From contig JBKPRY010000369.1 of the NCBI GenBank assembly GCA_046734755.1, positions 1,529 through 65,528 of the forward strand: a stretch of DNA of 64,000 nucleotides. Direction: 5' to 3'. This document shows, in pieces, positions 1 through 9,261 of the stretch (positions are counted from its first letter, which is position 1; every line of letters begins with the position of its first letter). The stretch comes from Actinomycetota bacterium. Its GTDB lineage: Bacteria; Actinomycetota; UBA4738; HRBIN12. A model generated the notes under the pieces. It was not told the origin of the DNA. It did not search any database and worked only from the letters and a program-made list of their open reading frames with translations. A program made the translations under genes and the position numbers.

Positions 1-1615
1 GGCGCAGGAGCTGCAGGACCGCGCGTTCGACCAGCGCGTGCGGACGATCGACCTGCCGGCGCAGCGCGGGCAGATCCTCGATCGCAACGGAGCGCGGCTG
101 GCGCTGTCGACGCCGGCCGACGATGTGTACGCCGACCCGCAGTTGGTCGACGACCCTTGGGCCACGGCGACGCGTCTTTCGCCGCTGCTCGGCGTCGGCG
201 TCCCCGATCTCGTGCACGCGATCACCTCCGAGGGGACGTTCGTCTATCTCGCCCGGCATCTCGGCCGCGGCACCTCCGACCGGATCCAACGGCTCGCCCT
301 GCCCGGCATCGGCTTGCTCCCGACCTCGAAACGCTCGTACCCCGCGGGATCGCTCGCCTCCCAGGTGATCGGGTTCGTCGGGACCGACGGTGTCGGTCTC
401 ACGGGCCTCGAGCTCGGGTACCAGGACGCTCTCGCGGGCACGCCGGGCGAGCGCACGAACGAGCTCGGCCTGTCGGGCCAGGCGATCGTGAGCGGGGTCG
501 ACGAGGAGCGCGCCCCCGTCGCGGGCGCGAACCTGGTCACGACGATCGACCGCGAGCTCCAGTTCCAGGCGCAGGCCGCGCTCGAGCAGGCGGTCGAGGA
601 ACAGGGCGCCCGCGGGGGGACCGTGATCGTGATGGACCCGCGGACCGCCGAGGTCCTGGCGATGGCGAGCGAGCCGTCGTTCGACCCGAACGCGTTCGAG
701 GACGCGCCGAGCGCCACCTATCGCAACCGGGCCGTGACCGACGCGTACGAACCCGGTTCGACCAACAAGGTCATCACAGCCGCGGCCGCGATCCAGGAGC
801 GGGCGATCCCGCTCGACATGCGGCTCACGGTCCCCTGGACGATGCCGGTCGGCGACTACGTCATCCACGACTCGCAGGCCCACGCACCGATGCAGATGAC
901 CCTCGGAGACATCGTGGCCGAGTCCAGCAACATCGGCGCCGTCATGGTCGCGGATCGTGTCGGGGCGTCCACCCTGGCGACCTACCTGGCGCGGTTCGGG
1001 CTCGGTCGAGCGACCGGCGTCGGCTTCCCGGGGGAGTCCAACGGGATCATCCTCCCGCTCGACCAGTGGAACGACACGATCCTGGCCACGACGGCGTACG
1101 GCCAGGGGATCGCGGCCACGCCGCTCCAGATGGTCTCCGTGTTCTCGACGATCGCGAACGACGGCCGGTGGGTGCAGCCCAAGCTCGTGCGGGGGACGAT
1201 CGGCCCCGACGGGTCGCTGGACCCGATTGAGGCCGCCCCCACCAGGAGGGTCGTCTCGGCAGGGACGGCGAGGATGGTCACGCGGATGCTCGCGTACGCG
1301 GTGCAGGACGGCACCGGCACGAACGCGCAGATCCCCGGGTACCAGGTCGCCGGCAAGACCGGAACGGCGCGGATCCCGACCGGCGACGGCTCCGGTTACC
1401 TCGAGGGCCAGTACATCGCGTCGTTCATCGGCTTCCTCCCCGCGGGGGACCCGAAGGTCGTCGTCGCGGCGATCCTGGATCGTCCGGCGACCGTGTACGG
1501 CGGGCTCGCCGCGGCGCCACTCTTCAAGCGGGTCGCGCTCGCCGCTATCGCCCGCCTCGACATCGCGCCCGCCGATCGGGTGCCCCTACCGCCGCACGCC
1601 CAGCCGATCGGATGA
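1..1615 (+). CDS. ftsI: Class B penicillin-binding protein / division transpeptidase FtsI (5' partial; the frame is open to the window edge)
   Basis: The frame continues upstream of the ORF-track Met at 38 (AQELQDRAFDQRVRTIDLPAQRGQILDRNG). Transpeptidase motifs are STNK (SxxK), SSN (SxN) and KTGTA (KTG). It is the first gene of the mur/fts cluster. Confidence 0.9.
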   Translation, partial: AQELQDRAFDQRVRTIDLPAQRGQILDRNGARLALSTPADDVYADPQLVDDPWATATRLSPLLGVGVPDLVHAITSEGTFVYLARHLGRGTSDRIQRLALPGIGLLPTSKRSYPAGSLASQVIGFVGTDGVGLTGLELGYQDALAGTPGERTNELGLSGQAIVSGVDEERAPVAGANLVTTIDRELQFQAQAALEQAVEEQGARGGTVIVMDPRTAEVLAMASEPSFDPNAFEDAPSATYRNRAVTDAYEPGSTNKVITAAAAIQERAIPLDMRLTVPWTMPVGDYVIHDSQAHAPMQMTLGDIVAESSNIGAVMVADRVGASTLATYLARFGLGRATGVGFPGESNGIILPLDQWNDTILATTAYGQGIAATPLQMVSVFSTIANDGRWVQPKLVRGTIGPDGSLDPIEAAPTRRVVSAGTARMVTRMLAYAVQDGTGTNAQIPGYQVAGKTGTARIPTGDGSGYLEGQYIASFIGFLPAGDPKVVVAAILDRPATVYGGLAAAPLFKRVALAAIARLDIAPADRVPLPPHAQPIG

Positions 1616-3159
1616 GTGCCGTCACGCGGGAAGGCGCCGCCACGCAGGCGATAGGCTCAGGAACCGTGGCCCCTCCCCGCTCCCGAACGCTCCATGACCT
1701 CGTCCGTGATCTCCCCGAGGCCGAGCTCCGAGGCGGCGCAGACGTGCTCGTCGCGAGCGTCTGCTACCGATCGAACGACGCAAGGCCCGGTGCACTCTTC
1801 TTCTGCGTGCCGGGGAGCACGGCCGACGGTCATGTCTTCGCTGGCGAAGCGGTCGCGCGCGGGTCCGCAGTGATCGTCGTCGATCGCTGGCTCGAGCTCG
1901 ACGTATCCCAGGTGAAGGTGCCGGACGTGCGCGGCGCGATGGGTCCGATCTCGGCGGCGTTCTACGGACGGCCGGCGGACGGTATGACGGTCGTGGGTGT
2001 CACCGGCACGAACGGGAAGACCACGACGACGTACCTGCTCGAGGCGATCCTCCGGGCGGACGGCCGCACCCCCGGCGTGATCGGCACCACGGGCGTGCGG
2101 ATCGATGGCCGGCCCGAGCCCTTCCCGAGGACGACGCCGGAAGCACCGGACCTGCAGCGGCTCGTGGCCACCATGGCCGACGAGGGCGTGACCGCGGTCG
2201 CGATGGAGGTCTCCTCGCACGGGCTGCATCAGCACCGCGTCGACGGCATCCGGTACTCGGTCGCGGTGTTCACCAACCTCACCCAGGATCACCTGGACTA
2301 CCACCCGTCGATGCGGGAGTACTTCCTCGCCAAGTCGCGGCTGTTCACGCCGGCCATGAGCGATCGCGCCGTTGTGAACCTCGACGACCGGTGGGGCCGT
2401 GAGCTGGCCGGTTCGGGTCTGCCGACGATCACGTACGGGCTCGCGCCCGAGTCGGACGTGCGAGCCACGGATGTGGAGTCGACGGCCGAGGGGATCAGCT
2501 TCCTCGCGGACGGGGTCCCGATCCGCTCGGAGCTGCGCGGGTCGTTCAACGTCGAGAACGCCCTGGCCGCGTTTGCCACCGCGCGATGGCTCGGGATCGA
2601 GGACAGCACCGCGGCGGAGGCCATCTCGTCGGTCCGGGTCGTCCCCGGACGCGTGGAGTCGGTCGAGGTGGGACAGGGCTTCCTCGTGTTGGTGGATTAC
2701 GCCCATACGCCCGACAGCGTGGAGAACGTGTTGCGCGCGGCCCGATCGCTCACCGGGGGCCGGTTGATCGTGGTGCTCGGGGCGGGCGGCGACCGGGACC
2801 GTAGCAAGCGACCGCTCATGGGTCGCGCGGCCACGGCGAACGCCGACCTCGCGGTCATCACGAGCGACAACCCGCGCGGCGAGGACCCGCTCGAGATCAT
2901 CGCGGAGATCATGCCGGGCGCCGAACGCGGAGCGGAGGAAGAAGGTGGCCGCTTCGTCGTCGAGCCGGATCGGCGCGCCGCGATCCGGCTCGCGATGGAG
3001 GAGGCCTCACCCGGCGACGTCGTCGTGATCGCCGGCAAGGGCCACGAGCACTACCAAGAGCTCGCGGATCGCAGGATCCCGTTCGACGACCGAGCGGTCG
3101 CCGAGGACGAGCTGCGATCGATCGGGAAGGCCACCCGCCCGCTGGGGGCGGCGCGGTGA
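1612..3159 (+). CDS. murE: UDP-MurNAc-L-Ala-D-Glu:meso-diaminopimelate ligase
   Basis: Mur ligase P-loop GVTGTNGKTTTTYLL. A DNPRGEDP (DNPR) motif is typical of DAP-adding MurE. ATGA overlap with the ftsI stop. Confidence 0.95.
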   Translation: MSAVTREGAATQAIGSGTVAPPRSRTLHDLVRDLPEAELRGGADVLVASVCYRSNDARPGALFFCVPGSTADGHVFAGEAVARGSAVIVVDRWLELDVSQVKVPDVRGAMGPISAAFYGRPADGMTVVGVTGTNGKTTTTYLLEAILRADGRTPGVIGTTGVRIDGRPEPFPRTTPEAPDLQRLVATMADEGVTAVAMEVSSHGLHQHRVDGIRYSVAVFTNLTQDHLDYHPSMREYFLAKSRLFTPAMSDRAVVNLDDRWGRELAGSGLPTITYGLAPESDVRATDVESTAEGISFLADGVPIRSELRGSFNVENALAAFATARWLGIEDSTAAEAISSVRVVPGRVESVEVGQGFLVLVDYAHTPDSVENVLRAARSLTGGRLIVVLGAGGDRDRSKRPLMGRAATANADLAVITSDNPRGEDPLEIIAEIMPGAERGAEEEGGRFVVEPDRRAAIRLAMEEASPGDVVVIAGKGHEHYQELADRRIPFDDRAVAEDELRSIGKATRPLGAAR

Positions 3160-4517
3160 TCGAACGCCGCCTCTCGGAGATCGCGTCGGCCGTGCGCGGC
3201 ACGCTGCGCGGACCGGACGCCGTTGCGTCCTCGGTGGAGACGGACTCGCGCGCCGTCGGACCGGGAGGCCTGTTCGTCGCGATCGAGGGGGAGCGCCTGG
3301 ATGGTCACGCGTTCGTCGGCGACGCGGTGGCGCGCGGGGCCATCGCCGCGGTCGTGCATCGTCCCGGGATCGACGGGACGGTGATCGAGGTTCCCCACAC
3401 GGGGCGCGCGCTGCTTGACCTCGCGACCGACGAGCGCGACCGCATGACCGGCACCCGGGTGGTCGGGATCACCGGCTCGAACGGGAAGACCTCCGTCAAG
3501 GATCTCGCCGCCGCGGTGGTGGGCACGCGTCTGCGGACCCACGCCAGCCCTGCGTCGTTCAACAACGAGGTCGGGCTCCCGATGACGCTGCTGGGCGTCG
3601 ATCGCGGGATCGAGGTCGTGGTCGCGGAGATGGGCGCGCGACGCGAGGGGGACGTTCGGTTGCTGTGCGACATCGCCCGGCCCGACGCCGTCGTCGTGAC
3701 GAACGTCGGGACGGCGCACCTCGGGATCTTCGGGTCGTGGGAGGCGATCGTCCGGGCGGGGTCCGAGCCGGTCGAGTGGCTCGATGCGGACGGTACCGCG
3801 ATCGTGAACGCCGACGACCCCGTCGCGCGGGCATACGCCGACGAGACCGGCGCCGCGGTGATCACGTTCGGCCTGGATCCGGGCGCCGATGTCCGGGCGG
3901 AGGACGTCGAGCTCGGTCCCGATGCGCGAGCGACGTTCACGCTGTGGTCGGCGGGCGAGCGCGAGCCGGTCGAACTCGCGGTCCCCGGCGACCACATGGT
4001 GTCGAACGCCCTCGCCGCCGCGGCGGTCGGGCGCTGGGCCGGCGTGACACTCGCCGAAACCTCGACGGCGCTCAAGGGCGCGAGCGTCGCGCGCTGGCGG
4101 ATGGAGACCTCCACCGGATCCTCGGGGATCGTGGTCCTGAATGACGCCTACAACGCGAACCCCGAGTCGATGGCGGCCGCGTTGAAGTCCGCTCGTTGGA
4201 TGGCCAAGGGCCAGCGTCTGATCGCGGTGCTCGGGCACATGGCCGAGCTCGGGCCGGTCGAGTTCGAGGAGCACGAGAAGCTGGGGCGGCTGGTGGTCAG
4301 GATCGGCGTCGAGCGGCTGATCACGGTGGGGGAGCAGGCGCGAACGATCGCCCGCGCCGCGATCCGCGAGGGACAGCTTCCCGAGGACGTCGAGTCGTAC
4401 GAGGACCCGGCGGAGGCCGCCGCCGACGTCCGTGCGTGGGCGAGGCCCGGCGACGTGGTGCTCGTGAAGGGGTCCCGGGTGGCGGGTCTGGAACGCGTGG
4501 CGGAGGCCCTGGGATGA
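3156..4517 (+). CDS. murF: UDP-MurNAc-tripeptide:D-Ala-D-Ala ligase
   Basis: Mur ligase P-loop GITGSNGKTSVKDL, and a VLNDAYNANPESM motif typical of MurF. GTGA overlap with the murE stop. Confidence 0.93.
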   Translation: MIERRLSEIASAVRGTLRGPDAVASSVETDSRAVGPGGLFVAIEGERLDGHAFVGDAVARGAIAAVVHRPGIDGTVIEVPHTGRALLDLATDERDRMTGTRVVGITGSNGKTSVKDLAAAVVGTRLRTHASPASFNNEVGLPMTLLGVDRGIEVVVAEMGARREGDVRLLCDIARPDAVVVTNVGTAHLGIFGSWEAIVRAGSEPVEWLDADGTAIVNADDPVARAYADETGAAVITFGLDPGADVRAEDVELGPDARATFTLWSAGEREPVELAVPGDHMVSNALAAAAVGRWAGVTLAETSTALKGASVARWRMETSTGSSGIVVLNDAYNANPESMAAALKSARWMAKGQRLIAVLGHMAELGPVEFEEHEKLGRLVVRIGVERLITVGEQARTIARAAIREGQLPEDVESYEDPAEAAADVRAWARPGDVVLVKGSRVAGLERVAEALG

Positions 4518-4548
4518 AGGCGAGTCGCGACCGCAACGAGGCGCGCGC

Positions 4549-5604
4549 GTGAGGCAGATCCTGATCGCCGCCGCGGTGGGCCTCTCGGTGACGCTGTTCG
4601 GTACACCGATCGCCATCCGACTGTTCGGGCTGTGGGGGTGGGGTCAACGGATCCGCGAAGACGGGCCGCACACCCACCTGGAGAAGATGGGCACGCCGAC
4701 GATGGGCGGGACGGTGATCATCGCGGGGATCGTCGCCGGCTACGTCGCGACCCGCATCGTGTTCACGACCGTCACCGCCGCCGGGGTCTCGGTGCTCCTC
4801 GCGACGGTGCTCCTCGGACTGCTCGGGTTCATGGACGACTTCATCAAGGTGCGGCGGCGGAGGTCGCTCGGCCTGTCGAAGACCGCGAAGATCGCGGGAC
4901 AGGCCGTGATCGCCCTGATCTTCGGGATGGTGGCCGTCCGGGCGGCGGGCGTTCCGACCGAGCTGAGCTTCATCCGCGCCACCGGCATCGAGCTGGGGCT
5001 CCTGTTCTACCTGTGGGTGTTCGTGATCCTCGCCGCGTCCTCCAACGCCGTGAACCTGACCGACGGCTTGGACGGCCTCGCCTCCGGCGCGTCGATCCTC
5101 GTGCTCTCCGCCTTCGTCTTCATCGCGTTCTGGCAGTTCCGGCATACCTGCGAGATGATCGCCGGCGCCGCGTGCTACCCGATCGACGTCAACGCCGCGC
5201 TCGATCTGGCGATCGTCGCGGGCGCAGGGGTCGGGGCGACCGCCGGATTCCTGTGGTGGAACGCCGCGCCGGCCCGGATCTTCATGGGAGACACCGGCTC
5301 GCTCGCCCTCGGGGGGCTGATGGGGGCGCTCGCGATCGTGACCAACACCCAGTTGCTGCTGGTCGTCCTGGGGGGGCTGTTCGTGATCGAGGCGGCGTCC
5401 GTGATCGCCCAGGTGATCGCGTTCCGCGGCTTCAAGCGGCGGATCTTCCGGATGTCGCCGATCCACCACCACTTCGAGCTCGCCGGCTGGCCCGAATTCA
5501 CGGTGATCGTGCGCTTCTGGATCGTCACCGGTCTGTTGGTCGCGGTGGGGCTCGGGTTGTTCTACACGGATTTCGTCAGCCGCGGTGGACTGGGGCTCGA
5601 GTGA
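4549..5604 (+). CDS. mraY: Phospho-MurNAc-pentapeptide translocase
   Basis: Polytopic membrane protein with MraY signatures (KxGTPTMGG, NAVNLTDGLDGLA, MGDTGSLALGG, HHHFEL). Position matches the dcw cluster order. Confidence 0.95.
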   Translation: MRQILIAAAVGLSVTLFGTPIAIRLFGLWGWGQRIREDGPHTHLEKMGTPTMGGTVIIAGIVAGYVATRIVFTTVTAAGVSVLLATVLLGLLGFMDDFIKVRRRRSLGLSKTAKIAGQAVIALIFGMVAVRAAGVPTELSFIRATGIELGLLFYLWVFVILAASSNAVNLTDGLDGLASGASILVLSAFVFIAFWQFRHTCEMIAGAACYPIDVNAALDLAIVAGAGVGATAGFLWWNAAPARIFMGDTGSLALGGLMGALAIVTNTQLLLVVLGGLFVIEAASVIAQVIAFRGFKRRIFRMSPIHHHFELAGWPEFTVIVRFWIVTGLLVAVGLGLFYTDFVSRGGLGLE

Positions 5605-6938
5605 TGGGTGCGTTCGACGGCGAGCATGTAGTCGTGGTCGGCGCCGGTGTGGCCGGGTCGGCGGCTGCGCGCGTCCTGCTCGCGGAGGGCGCGACGGTCC
5701 GTGTGAGCGATTCCGGTCGCGCGACGCGCGGCATCGCGGACCTGCGTGCGGAGGGGATCGAGGTGCTCGAGGGTGGTCACGCCCCCGACCATCTCGACGG
5801 CGCGACCCTGATCGTGACAAGCCCGGGGGTTCCGCCGCACGCCGACATCCTTCGGTGGGCCCACGATCGGATGCTTCCCGTGTGGGGCGAGCTGGAGCTC
5901 GGCGCCCGGCTCGCCCGGGTGCCGTACCTCGCGGTGACCGGGACGAACGGCAAGACGACCACCACCGGCCTGCTCGCCGCATGTTTGCGGTCGGCCGGAC
6001 TGGACGCGGTCGCGTGTGGCAACATCGGGAGGCCGTTCCCGACGGCGGCCGGGGAGCCCCACGACGCGCTCGTCGTCGAGGTCTCCTCCTTCCAGCTCGC
6101 GACGCAGACGTCCTTCCACCCCAGGGTCTCCGTGCTGCTCAACCTGGCGCCGGACCACCTGGATTGGCACGGCTCGTTCGACGCCTACGCGGCGGCGAAG
6201 GCGCGAGTCTTCGCGCTCCAGGGTGGAGCCGACGTCCACGTCGGGAACCTCGACGACGAGGCGTCCGCCGCGATCTCGCGCTCGGCCCCGTGCGAGGTGC
6301 GGTGGTTCACGCTTGGTGAGCCTTCGGAAGACGGCGCGGGCGTCCGTGACGGCCGGCTGACCGCCGGATGGAGCGGCGCGGATCTCGGTGCGCTCTCGCT
6401 GGACACGCCTGCGATGCGCGCCGACGCCGCGGCGGCCGCCACGGCGGCCCACGCGTTCGCGATCGGCGACCACGCGATCGCGGAGGCGATCGTGACGTTC
6501 GCCCCGGAACCCCATCGGGGCGAAGCCGTCGCAACCGTCGAAGGCGTCCGGTTCCTCGACAACTCCAAGGCGACGAACCCGCACGCGGCGATCGCCGCGG
6601 TCGGGGATGCCGAGGGAGTCGTCCTGATCGCCGGGGGCGACGCCAAGGGCGTCGATCTCACACCGCTCGGGTCGGTCGCGCCCCGCCTGGCCGGGGTCGT
6701 CGCGATCGGCGCCTCGGCGGGGGAGGTCCGCGCGCTGTTCGAGGGTCGTGTCCCCGTTCGGGAGGCCGGGTCGGTCGAGGAGGCGGCAAGGCTCGCGTTC
6801 TCGATGGCGTCAGGCACAGGCACGGTCTTGCTCGCCCCCGCCTGCGCGAGTTGGGACATGTTCCGCGACTACACCGAACGCGGGGATCGGTTCGCCGCCG
6901 CCGCCCGCGCGCTCGAGAAGGAGGGCGCGCGGACGTGA
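5604..6938 (+). CDS. murD: UDP-MurNAc-L-Ala:D-Glu ligase
   Basis: Re-picked start (ATG 5604, overlapping the mraY TGA) inside ORF-track entry 4632..6938. Rossmann-like VVVVGAGVAGSAAARVLL and P-loop VTGTNGKTTTTGLL. Confidence 0.92.
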   Translation: MGAFDGEHVVVVGAGVAGSAAARVLLAEGATVRVSDSGRATRGIADLRAEGIEVLEGGHAPDHLDGATLIVTSPGVPPHADILRWAHDRMLPVWGELELGARLARVPYLAVTGTNGKTTTTGLLAACLRSAGLDAVACGNIGRPFPTAAGEPHDALVVEVSSFQLATQTSFHPRVSVLLNLAPDHLDWHGSFDAYAAAKARVFALQGGADVHVGNLDDEASAAISRSAPCEVRWFTLGEPSEDGAGVRDGRLTAGWSGADLGALSLDTPAMRADAAAAATAAHAFAIGDHAIAEAIVTFAPEPHRGEAVATVEGVRFLDNSKATNPHAAIAAVGDAEGVVLIAGGDAKGVDLTPLGSVAPRLAGVVAIGASAGEVRALFEGRVPVREAGSVEEAARLAFSMASGTGTVLLAPACASWDMFRDYTERGDRFAAAARALEKEGART

Positions 6939-8161
6939 GCGGGATCGGCGCCGCTTCCCCCCGGCCGAGGACCCTGCGGCTGGTCCGGCCGGACGAACGC
7001 CCGATCTCACGGGCGCGGACCGACCTGAGGACCCGCCGCACCCTCGCGTTGCTGTTGGGCTCGACCGCGTTCCTCGTGGGGTCGGGACTCGTGATGGTCC
7101 TGTCGGCGAGCTCGGTCTCGGCGTTCGCCGAGTACGGGGACAGCTTCCTGTTCGTCCAGCGACAAGCCGTCTACGCGGTGGTGGGCGTCCTCGCGCTGCT
7201 CGTGACCTCGCGGATGCGATACCACGCGTGGAGGCGTCTGGCCGGTCCGCTCCTGCTCGTCACGATGGCGATGCTCGTGCTGGTCCTGATCCCGGCGCAC
7301 GGCATCGAGGCCTACGGCTCCTCGCGGTGGTTCCAGCTCGGTCCGGTGACCGTGCAGCCCTCCGAGCTCGCGAAGCTCACGCTGATCGTGTTCGCGGCGG
7401 CGACCCTCTCGCGGAATAGAACCAAGGTGGACGACGTTCGCCAGCTCGCCGTGCCCCTCCTGCCGATCTCGGTCCTTGTGTGCGGGCTCGTGATGATGCA
7501 GCCCGACCTCGGTACCACCGTGATCATCGCCGTGACGATGTTCGCGCTGGCATTCGCCGCCGGAGTGAGACTCAGCTACCTGGCGTGCACGAGCCTCGTG
7601 GGCGCGCTGATCGGGACGGGTCTGATCATGAGCGCGGACTACCGCAGGGTGCGGTTCCTCGCCTTCCTGCATCCATGGGCCGACGTGAAGAACACCGGGT
7701 ACCAGTTGGCGCAGTCGCTCTACGCCCTCGGTTCGGGAGGATGGATGGGCGTCGGACTCGGCGCCTCGCGCCAGAAGTGGCAGTACGTGCCGAACGCGCA
7801 CACCGACTTCATCTTCTCGATCCTGGGCGAAGAGCTTGGTCTGCTCGGCGAGCTCGTGGTCCTCGTCGCGTTCGGCACGCTGATCTTCGCGGGCATTCGG
7901 ATCGCGGCGAACGCGAAGGACGTGTTCGGCCGGTTGCTGGCGGCCGGGATCGTGTCGTGGTTCGGCCTGCAGACGCTGATCAACCTCGGGGCGGTCACCG
8001 GCCTGCTCCCGGTCACCGGCGTCCCCCTCCCGTTCCTCTCATATGGGGGGTCCTCGCTCGTGGTCTCGCTCGCGGCGGTGGGCGTGTTAGTGAGCATCGC
8101 CCGCGCGTCCGCCCGCGCTCCGGCCCGTTCTTTGGCCCGCGCCCGAGGCTCGTCGCGATGA
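6935..8161 (+). CDS. ftsW: SEDS-family peptidoglycan glycosyltransferase / divisome protein FtsW
   Basis: GTG 6935 forms a GTGA overlap with the murD stop and is in frame with ORF 6368..8161. Polytopic protein with SEDS motifs (SASSV, QPSELAKL, PDLGT, HTDFIFS, GVPLPFLSYGGSS). Confidence 0.9.
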   Translation: MSGIGAASPRPRTLRLVRPDERPISRARTDLRTRRTLALLLGSTAFLVGSGLVMVLSASSVSAFAEYGDSFLFVQRQAVYAVVGVLALLVTSRMRYHAWRRLAGPLLLVTMAMLVLVLIPAHGIEAYGSSRWFQLGPVTVQPSELAKLTLIVFAAATLSRNRTKVDDVRQLAVPLLPISVLVCGLVMMQPDLGTTVIIAVTMFALAFAAGVRLSYLACTSLVGALIGTGLIMSADYRRVRFLAFLHPWADVKNTGYQLAQSLYALGSGGWMGVGLGASRQKWQYVPNAHTDFIFSILGEELGLLGELVVLVAFGTLIFAGIRIAANAKDVFGRLLAAGIVSWFGLQTLINLGAVTGLLPVTGVPLPFLSYGGSSLVVSLAAVGVLVSIARASARAPARSLARARGSSR

Positions 8162-9261
8162 AGGTGCTCCTCGCAGGCGGGGGTACGGCGGGTCACGTCT
8201 TCCCCGCGATCGCGCTCGCCCGGGAGATCGTGTCGATCGGTCACGAGGTGCGCTTCGTCGGCACGTCCGGTGGGCAGGAGGGACGCCTGGTGTCGGAGGC
8301 CGGGTTCGAGCTGGTGAGCGTGGAGGCGCGCCCGTTCGAGCGCCGGGTCTCGCTCAGGGCGGTGATGGCGCCTATCGCGGCCGTCCGGTCGGTCAAGGCC
8401 TGCCGCCCCCTGGTCGAGGCCGTCGACGTCGTGGTGGGGATGGGCGGCTACGTGAGCGTCCCGGTGGTGCTTGCCGCCCTTCGATCGCGGCGGCCGGTGG
8501 TCCTGCACGAGCAGAACGCCGTCCCCGGGCTCGCCAACCGGGCCTTTGCTCGGCCGGCGCGGACGGTGGCCCTGGCGTTCGCCGAGGCGCGCCGAGCCCT
8601 CCCGCGGCGCGCGCGAACGGTGCTCACCGGCAACCCCGTCCGCGCCGACATCCTCGCGGTCGCGACCGACCGCGAGCGGCTGGCGAAGGAAGCGCGCGTT
8701 GAGCTCGAGCTGGAGGAGGGCAAGCGGACGGTCGTCGTGTTCGGCGGAAGCCAGGGTGCGCTCCACCTGAACCGCGCGTTCGCCGACGCGTTGCGCGTCT
8801 TGGATCGCTCGGATCTGCAGGTGGTGCTGATGACCGGTCCGGCTCACGCCGAGGCCGTTCGCGAATCGCTCCCGGTCGGCGGCACCATCACCGTGCGGGT
8901 GCAAGGTTTCCTCGAACGGATGGAGCTCGCGTACGCGGTCGCCGACGCCGTCGTCGCTCGCGCTGGCGCGACGACGATCGCGGAGATCGGCGTCAGCGGG
9001 CTTCCGTCGCTGCTCGTCCCGTACCCGTACGCGACGGGCCGACATCAGGAGGCGAACGCCCGGGCTCTCCAGCGCGCGGGCGCCGCGACGATGCTGCTCG
9101 ACGACGAGCTCGACGGACGCGTCCTCGCGGACCGGATCAAGTGGCTGCTCGCCGACGACCGGCGCCTGCGGTCGATGGGCGAGCGCGCTCGCGCATGGTC
9201 GAAACCGGACGCCGCGAACGCGCTCGCGCGGACGGTCCTGGCGGCGGGGGATGGGAGATGA
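8158..9261 (+). CDS. murG: Lipid II synthase (UDP-GlcNAc:MurNAc-pentapeptide-PP-undecaprenol GlcNAc transferase)
   Basis: ATG 8158 (ATGA overlap with ftsW). N-terminal MKVLLAGGGTAGHVFPAIALA, and C-terminal HQEANA motif typical of MurG. Confidence 0.93.
   Translation: MKVLLAGGGTAGHVFPAIALAREIVSIGHEVRFVGTSGGQEGRLVSEAGFELVSVEARPFERRVSLRAVMAPIAAVRSVKACRPLVEAVDVVVGMGGYVSVPVVLAALRSRRPVVLHEQNAVPGLANRAFARPARTVALAFAEARRALPRRARTVLTGNPVRADILAVATDRERLAKEARVELELEEGKRTVVVFGGSQGALHLNRAFADALRVLDRSDLQVVLMTGPAHAEAVRESLPVGGTITVRVQGFLERMELAYAVADAVVARAGATTIAEIGVSGLPSLLVPYPYATGRHQEANARALQRAGAATMLLDDELDGRVLADRIKWLLADDRRLRSMGERARAWSKPDAANALARTVLAAGDGR

Noticed and set aside
3051-4616. Long antisense or alternative-frame ORFs throughout the window. 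Examples: 3051-4616(-), 4321-5982(-), 7720-9276(-), 15191-17143(-), 22922-26353(-), 26023-28293(-), 30087-31646(-), 41078-43042(-), 45629-47500(-), 54464-57163(-).
   Set aside because: Their products are Arg/Pro/Gly/Asp-rich low-complexity strings with no motifs. Each lies opposite to, or out of frame with, a gene carrying clear family signatures. This is the expected stop-codon-poor artefact of ~70% GC DNA.
4632-6938. Over-long ORF-track entries suggesting giant fused proteins or long N-terminal extensions. Examples: 4632-6938 (768 aa), 6368-8161, 7480-9261, 9926-11617, 13991-15109, 15173-16201, 16252-19809, 35594-37420, 58184-61801.
   Set aside because: The upstream portions run through the preceding gene in another frame and translate to Arg-rich nonsense. 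In each case an in-frame ATG/GTG at a 1-4 nt overlap, or after an SD, gives a protein that starts at the family-typical N-terminus.
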